A stretch of DNA of 64,000 bases. Source: an uncultured Lentisphaeria bacterium. GTDB lineage: Bacteria; Fidelibacterota; UBA8477; JABMPR01. The notes under the pieces are model-generated. The model did not search any database and had not been told where the DNA came from. It was given only the letters and a program-made list of their open reading frames with translations. A program made the translations under genes and the position numbers. The stretch lies in the NCBI GenBank assembly GCA_964469505.1, contig CAYXZO010000003.1, forward strand, positions 820-64,819, written 5' to 3'. Positions 58,651 to 64,000 of the stretch are shown here, in pieces (the stretch's first letter is position 1; the number at the start of each line of letters is the position of its first letter).

Positions 58651-58818
58651 GCTCGTCCTCCCTTTTTTGGCCTGGTGAGATGCAAATTGCGACCTCGGGC
58701 TAAACCTTACCCTGCCCCCTCCTAAATATCCTGGGCTATCGCTTCCATTTGAGTAAAATTAGGCCACTAGGGGGCTAAAATCAAACCACTTTAGAGACTT
58801 AGAATTTGTGAATAAAGA

Positions 58819-59322
58819 TTACGGAGTTTGATTGACCACCTTCATCGGGGTCTGGGGAGTAATGTTCCTAGGGGTGATAAGTTCCAAAGTATCTACTTCA
58901 TGGGGGCTAAGTGAATCATGAACTAAAGATTGATTAACCTGCAGCGGGGCATTGTGAATCGCATTTTGCCCGATATCAGTGACGGGGACCATCCACTGGG
59001 TAAACAGGAAGGCAACTGCCAGGCCGGCTGCCACAGCGTAGCTGGAAACCTTAAAGAAAGTGGAACGCCACCAAGGGGTAGGAACGGTCTGGGATAAGCG
59101 TTCTTTTAAGCGGGATTCAAAATCGGGGGATGTTTTTACTCGGGGAAGCTTATGGAGGGCCTGCAATAATGCCTGGAAATCTTTAAAACGGGTACGACAG
59201 GCAGGACATTCAGCCAAATGTTGCGTAACGAAGGTGTTCTGTTCCGCAGACAATGTTTGTTCCAGTAAACCGGAGAAAAGATCTTGAGCTCGAAGGCAGG
59301 CAGCTTCTTCCATATCCATCAC
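58819..59322 (-). CDS. Anti-sigma factor (zf-HC2 type) with TM segment
   Basis: HLAECPACR zinc-finger-like motif and a TM (VSSYAVAAGLAVAFLF). Lies immediately downstream of the ECF sigma gene. Confidence 0.6.
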   Translation of the reverse strand: MMDMEEAACLRAQDLFSGLLEQTLSAEQNTFVTQHLAECPACRTRFKDFQALLQALHKLPRVKTSPDFESRLKERLSQTVPTPWWRSTFFKVSSYAVAAGLAVAFLFTQWMVPVTDIGQNAIHNAPLQVNQSLVHDSLSPHEVDTLELITPRNITPQTPMKVVNQTP

Positions 59323-59358
59323 CCCTTTTGTTTGCGCTTCCCTTAGCTTTGTTTCCTG

Positions 59359-59937
59359 TCAGTACTCCTTGAGATGTCTCAATTTGCTCTGCAGCTTCAA
59401 ACGCGCCCGGTTCACCCGGGATTTGACCGTCCCCATGGGGATGTCGAGTATTTTACTAATATCCTCATAAGAAAGTTCCTGAATATCTCGTAAAAGAATG
59501 ATGGTTTTAAATGGTTCCGGTAAGCCGTGGATGGCTTTTTCGATTTCGGCCAAAGAATAACTGCTCATTGTCTTGTCCAGGGGACCGGCGTCGGTATCTG
59601 CTGGGTCATACTCACGATCTTCCTGGGCTAGTTGCGACATGGTAACCGTTTTACGTCGTTTACGCTTCCTGAGTTCCGAACGAGCCAAATTCCCCGCAAT
59701 GGTATAGATCCACGTGGAGAATTTCGCAATTTCCTGATAAGCATGTCGATTTTTATAAACCCGCAGAAAGGTTTCTTGAACCAAATCTTCCGCTTCTTCG
59801 TAATCTCCCAGAAAACGAAAAACGAAATTCATCAGCCGATCTTTATAGCGCCCCACCAGGGCTAAAAATGCTTCTTCTTCCCCTTGTTGAAACAGGGCAA
59901 TGAGCTGCTCATCGGTTAGATCAGGACTTAACGGCAA
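59359..59937 (-). CDS. ECF-type RNA polymerase sigma-70 factor
   Basis: Region 2 (ETFLRVYKN) and region 4 HTH (ELSYEDISKILDIPMGTVKSR). 192 aa. Confidence 0.85.
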   Translation of the reverse strand: MPLSPDLTDEQLIALFQQGEEEAFLALVGRYKDRLMNFVFRFLGDYEEAEDLVQETFLRVYKNRHAYQEIAKFSTWIYTIAGNLARSELRKRKRRKTVTMSQLAQEDREYDPADTDAGPLDKTMSSYSLAEIEKAIHGLPEPFKTIILLRDIQELSYEDISKILDIPMGTVKSRVNRARLKLQSKLRHLKEY

Positions 59938-59938
59938 A

Positions 59939-60937
59939 CTAAACCCTCATCCATTGCGTTACCCATGGCAAAAAATTATCCAGAATCTCTTCATTACCCA
60001 ATCGCAAGCGACGATCGAGATCAGCCAGCTGTACCAACGCTCCCTTAAGTTCATTCAGGGAATAACGGCTCGCGGCTGCGCGTTGACGTTGAGACAAGCG
60101 TCCTTCCGGCGGCAACCCCAACTTGATTGCCATAAGACTCATGATTTCATGATACAGACGCACTATCAAGTATGTCATACCTGTTTTACCACCAGCCACA
60201 AGAGAGACCAAAGCTTTTAGAAATTCTTTGGGCTGACGGGCCTCAAAGGCTTGCAATAGCGTTTCTAGACTCGCGATCCCATTCATCCCTGCAGTGCGCT
60301 GGACTTCAGGCAGACCGATGCGGCTTACTTGCGGCTCCAAGGCGAGAGCGATTTTCTCCAGTTCTTGATCTATTACCGCCAAGTCTCCATCGAATATTTC
60401 CTGCAATGCTTGAGCGGCAGCTGGCTCCAACTGTTTATCTCTCCATGCAGCCATGCGGTAAATAATACGTTGAACTTCGTTAGGCCAGGGTTTGCGCACA
60501 GGCACTTCAGTACATAGTTTCCTCAGCGCTTCCAGCCACTTGGGGAAAGGTGGCTCCCTATCAGTGGAAAGAATCAGATACGTATCGGGAGCAGGATTTT
60601 CCAGCCACTGGGTCAACTGCCTAAGGGTGCGGGAGTTAGCCAACTGCCGGCTCCAGTTCTCTAACCCCCGGACGATCACCAACCGGGCCTGGCTGAACAA
60701 CCCCCCGACATTCAGTAGATTCATTAGAGTCGTTAAACTATCGGGATCGTCGGCCCATACTATCTCTGTCTCGCCCGCTTCCTTAAAACGGTTCTGGAAA
60801 CTTTCCCGGAATTGTTCCAGAAACTTTTTCCGTAGCAAAAACTCGGGGCCGTATAACAAGACGGCCTGAGGCAGGCGCCCTTCTTTAACTGAGCTGAAGA
60901 CTTTGCTGTAGGTAGTGAAATAAGATTCCATCGCCAT
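59939..60937 (-). CDS. holA: DNA polymerase III delta subunit-like
   Basis: LLYGPE... pattern. The longest ORF (to 61051) overlaps uppP, so the probable start is MAMESYF at ~60937. Confidence 0.55.
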   Translation of the reverse strand: MAMESYFTTYSKVFSSVKEGRLPQAVLLYGPEFLLRKKFLEQFRESFQNRFKEAGETEIVWADDPDSLTTLMNLLNVGGLFSQARLVIVRGLENWSRQLANSRTLRQLTQWLENPAPDTYLILSTDREPPFPKWLEALRKLCTEVPVRKPWPNEVQRIIYRMAAWRDKQLEPAAAQALQEIFDGDLAVIDQELEKIALALEPQVSRIGLPEVQRTAGMNGIASLETLLQAFEARQPKEFLKALVSLVAGGKTGMTYLIVRLYHEIMSLMAIKLGLPPEGRLSQRQRAAASRYSLNELKGALVQLADLDRRLRLGNEEILDNFLPWVTQWMRV

Positions 60938-60945
60938 TGATCTGC

Positions 60946-61779
60946 TCAGTAAAAAATAAGGAATGCCAGGCCGATAAAGGCACAGTAAAAGCCGAAACGG
61001 TAAAAATGCCGTCCCATCAAAGTCCTGAGCAGGAACCGCAAAGCTACCCATCCGGAAAAGAAGGAAAAAATCAGCCCTACCAGCAATAGCCCGATCTCAG
61101 TTGCTCCCAAATTCATTTGCCCTAAATCGAAAAAGGCTAATACTGCTGCCCCTAAAATCAGCGGTAAAGCCATCAGGAAAGAAAATCGGGCTGCCTCCTG
61201 GCGGTTAATCCCTAGATTCAAAGCCGTGGCAATGGTAATACCTGAGCGAGAGATGCCGGGACTCAGCGCTAGAATTTGCGCCAAACCAATTATCAAGGCT
61301 TCCTTCATGCCCAGGCGTTTGCCATCGGCAGAACTCAAAAGGGTCGAAAACAGAATGACTGCTGTGAATAGTTCAGCCCCGGCCACAATTCTGACCCGAT
61401 TGAACAACCCCTCTACGGAAGATTCAAAAAAAGCTCCCACCAGAGCTGCCGGTATCATACCCACTAATAATAGCCCGAAATAGTTGATCTGTCTTCTCTC
61501 CTCAGCCGGCTGATCACGGCGGCGAAGCCAATTAAATAATACGGTCAACAATTCTTGCAGATCCTTACGGAATACTATCGCCACGGCTAAAAAGGTCCCC
61601 ACGTGAACGGTGATATCAAAAGCCAAGCTCATCAGGAGCGGGTCAGAGAGGGCGTCTCCTGGGACGGCAAATCGATTCCATAGGGCCTTGGCAAACACCA
61701 AGTGACCGGAACTGGAAACCGGTAGAAATTCCGTCAAGCCCTGCAACACTGCTAAAAAAGTGGCTTCAAGAAAACGCAT
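60946..61779 (-). CDS. uppP: Undecaprenyl-diphosphatase
   Basis: LQGLTEFLPVSSSGH and PGISRSG motifs. 277 aa. Confidence 0.9.
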   Translation of the reverse strand: MRFLEATFLAVLQGLTEFLPVSSSGHLVFAKALWNRFAVPGDALSDPLLMSLAFDITVHVGTFLAVAIVFRKDLQELLTVLFNWLRRRDQPAEERRQINYFGLLLVGMIPAALVGAFFESSVEGLFNRVRIVAGAELFTAVILFSTLLSSADGKRLGMKEALIIGLAQILALSPGISRSGITIATALNLGINRQEAARFSFLMALPLILGAAVLAFFDLGQMNLGATEIGLLLVGLIFSFFSGWVALRFLLRTLMGRHFYRFGFYCAFIGLAFLIFY

Positions 61780-62539
61780 TCCGTACTCCTATTAGTGACC
61801 ACATCCGACCGGTTTTCTCCCCATCGCGTCGGTGGGAAAAGAAACGCTCAGCATCCTCAAAAGTGCAATATGGTAAAATTTCAACATTTTCGGGCTTCAA
61901 CCCGAATTCCAGAGCCTGATCCCTGACTGCTAGAGGATTGTCAAAAAACAGCCGGCCCCCACGTGTGATGAGCCACTTCTCAGAGAAGTAAGTACGGAAT
62001 TCCGGGCCCACTTCGTAATGGCGTCCACAAATCCCCGGGCCAACACACAGTGAGATTTCAGCGGGTGAGAATTCTCTTACCATACACATTGTCTCTAAAA
62101 GACGTTTGACAATCCCAGCCAGGGTACCTCGCCAGCCGGCATGAGCCGCACCAATGACTTTACCATTCGGACCCCAAGCCATAACAGGTAAACAATCAGC
62201 GGTACTGATGGTGAGGAAAAGATTTTCTTTTACGGTGACAAATCCATCAGTTTCCGGGTAAACTCCCGCTCTCTCCACAACCCTTATTGTGGCGCTATGA
62301 ATCTGTCCTCCTTGTACAATAGCGTAATCCTTCACTCCCAACGCTTGCAACCAAACACGTCGGTTCTGTCGCACGCGTTCGGGGGAATCGCCGGTAGAAG
62401 GAGAAAAATTTAAAGAATCGTAGGGACTAGGGCTCACTCCCCCTTTTCGGGTAGCAAAAGCCACCACTAATCTTCCGGGTGGATCAAGACGCTGAGGCGT
62501 GAGAATCTCTACTTCAGCCGGGATGGTTATTCCTCTCAA
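61766..62539 (-). CDS. pgeF: Purine nucleoside phosphorylase / peptidoglycan editing factor (YfiH/PgeF, DUF152)
   Basis: TADCLPV, AHAGWRG and CGPGICGRHYEVG motifs. 257 aa. Confidence 0.85.
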   Translation of the reverse strand: MRGITIPAEVEILTPQRLDPPGRLVVAFATRKGGVSPSPYDSLNFSPSTGDSPERVRQNRRVWLQALGVKDYAIVQGGQIHSATIRVVERAGVYPETDGFVTVKENLFLTISTADCLPVMAWGPNGKVIGAAHAGWRGTLAGIVKRLLETMCMVREFSPAEISLCVGPGICGRHYEVGPEFRTYFSEKWLITRGGRLFFDNPLAVRDQALEFGLKPENVEILPYCTFEDAERFFSHRRDGEKTGRMWSLIGVRNAFS

Positions 62540-63984
62540 GGAGCTCTGAAAACCCGAACTTCATGGAAACCGGTGGGATCGTAGATGGCGGCAGGGATCA
62601 ATTTCTTGCGGAAAAACTCAAGTAAAAACACCGATGCATTTTCGCGGCCGTTTGCCCCGCCCCAATAGACCCGATGGGTAAGCCCCCGATATTCGGGCAT
62701 GGTTTGTAGTACTTGACGCCAGGTGTTGGTCCCGTTGGACAAATAGGGGGCATTTTGCAACAGCATTGACATGACGTCATAACCTAGAAAAGCATAACGG
62801 TCCGGCAGGACTCCAAAAAAATTGTAATAGTTCTTAACCGTGCTATCCGTGGAGGTATCGGGTAGAACCAATTTTTCTCCGGCGGCTATGGCCAGATGGG
62901 GTAAATAACGATAATGTCGCCTTAATGCTTTCTCCTCGGACCATCCCCCGATACCCAATAGATAGGCCCTGAAATTATAGTGGGCAAATTGGGAGGCAAT
63001 GAAAGGAACATCCCCCTGATGTAAAGGAAAGAAAAAAGCGTCGATGTTGCCTAACGGGACTTTCAGCGAATCAGAATAGCTGGGCTTGTCATCTTTTAGA
63101 ATGGGTTTCAGTAGTTGCTGGTAGTATTCTGGCGGGTTGATCGTATCTGTACTCATTTGTTCAAACAACCGCTCGAACTCAAGCATCCGCAATTTACGGA
63201 AGTGGGTAGATAAATCCGTAGGTTGTCCGGCATACCAGCCCTGGTACAGTAAATGACCGCCCAGAAAATCGACCCGACGGGCAAAAGCATCTGCACACTG
63301 TCGACCAAAATCGTCTGAGGGTGATATTACAGCAAAAGTTTTCAGGCCTAAGATTTTGACCGCATATTCCGCCAGGGCCTGAGCCAACAACCGCCGGTTG
63401 GGCTGGAATTGATAGATTTCAACAGCGGCTCGAGTGAGCTCATCTTCCGTAGCCGTGGGAGTAAACAGGAGTTTATTGGAGTCATACAACACCGCTGCAG
63501 CGGCTCGCACGTTGGAACTCACCAATGGGCCGATAATCACCGATACATCCTGGCGGACCTTGAACTCCCGGGCAATATCAATGGTATTGGCAAGAAGAGC
63601 TGCATTGTCCCGCACCAACAATTCCACTGCCAGCTCCGTAGTGTCCATGAACTGCATAGCGGCTAAACGGAGCCCATTCAACAAGGTATTTCCCACTTCC
63701 CCATAAGTGCCACTGAGGGGTAGGATTACCCCAACTCTGAGGGTATCCAAACCATTCTCCAGGAGCCGTCGATCCAGATCGATGGCCGCATCAATCAAGT
63801 CAGGAGATTGAAGCAATGGCCTTAACTGGAATAAAAGATTGAACGCGCGGGCCTGTTGATGCTCCATCAGATATCTTTCAGCCACCAGAAGAGTCACTAA
63901 TTGCCCGGCCGGAGACACATCTTTAAGCACCAATTCCGGCAGTCGCTCAGAGGGTACTAGCCCGTGTACATACTCAGCTGCCAA
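62536..63984 (-). CDS. LpoA/LppC-like periplasmic-binding-fold protein (N-terminal helical/TPR-like region plus type-I periplasmic binding domain); the start may lie beyond the window end
   Basis: LRVGVILPLSGTYGEVGNTLLNGLRLA, typical of Peripla_BP_6 / LpoA C-domain. 482 aa from the first Met at 63984. Confidence 0.45.
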   Translation of the reverse strand: MAAEYVHGLVPSERLPELVLKDVSPAGQLVTLLVAERYLMEHQQARAFNLLFQLRPLLQSPDLIDAAIDLDRRLLENGLDTLRVGVILPLSGTYGEVGNTLLNGLRLAAMQFMDTTELAVELLVRDNAALLANTIDIAREFKVRQDVSVIIGPLVSSNVRAAAAVLYDSNKLLFTPTATEDELTRAAVEIYQFQPNRRLLAQALAEYAVKILGLKTFAVISPSDDFGRQCADAFARRVDFLGGHLLYQGWYAGQPTDLSTHFRKLRMLEFERLFEQMSTDTINPPEYYQQLLKPILKDDKPSYSDSLKVPLGNIDAFFFPLHQGDVPFIASQFAHYNFRAYLLGIGGWSEEKALRRHYRYLPHLAIAAGEKLVLPDTSTDSTVKNYYNFFGVLPDRYAFLGYDVMSMLLQNAPYLSNGTNTWRQVLQTMPEYRGLTHRVYWGGANGRENASVFLLEFFRKKLIPAAIYDPTGFHEVRVFRAP

Positions 63985-64000
63985 CTGCCGGGCCCGATTG

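Noticed and set aside
1-64000. CRISPR arrays, IS elements/transposases, integrases, phage genes
   Set aside because: No direct-repeat/spacer periodicity and no DDE, tyrosine-recombinase or phage structural motifs were seen in any frame. The only large repeat is the intragenic cytochrome duplication.

Overview
Mostly housekeeping and envelope genes on the minus strand of a diderm, Shine-Dalgarno-using, type IX secretion (T9SS)-bearing bacterium, plus a previously unannotated selenocysteine decoding pair: a tRNA-Sec gene and a candidate secreted selenoprotein. The window is about 64 kb at roughly 53% GC. It carries AGGAG-type ribosome-binding sites and several proteins with T9SS C-terminal sorting domains, which fits an FCB-superphylum-like organism.

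Housekeeping includes rplM-rpsI, rpsB-tsf-pyrH-frr, def-fmt-rsmB-rpe, gatB, serA plus a class V aminotransferase, miaB, der, hflX, tadA and holA. Envelope genes include lapA/lapB, a SPOR protein, an M23 peptidase, a site-2 protease, uppP, pgeF, yajC and an LpoA-like protein. A roughly 9 kb surface-glycan locus (flippase, five glycosyltransferases, a sulfotransferase, a sulfatase-like enzyme) contains a cassette of about 40% GC.

The accessory content is the most interesting part:

1. A canonical bacterial tRNA-Sec gene (selC, anticodon UCA, 8-bp acceptor stem, 6-bp D-stem) sits between the SPOR gene and a large beta-helix protein gene.
2. A secreted thioredoxin-fold protein has an in-frame TGA at a U-x-x-C redox motif, a downstream SECIS-like hairpin, and a C-terminal dockerin type I domain. 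A standard gene caller would truncate it, so it is a previously unannotated candidate selenoprotein.
3. A 16-heme c-type cytochrome with a T9SS sorting tail was built by an in-frame tandem duplication of 1173 bp.
4. A T9SS-tagged HExxH metallopeptidase.
5. A membrane-anchored PASTA-repeat protein with no kinase domain sits in the conserved def-fmt-rsmB-rpe neighbourhood.

All calls are from reading the sequence and ORF translations by eye. No database searches were run.
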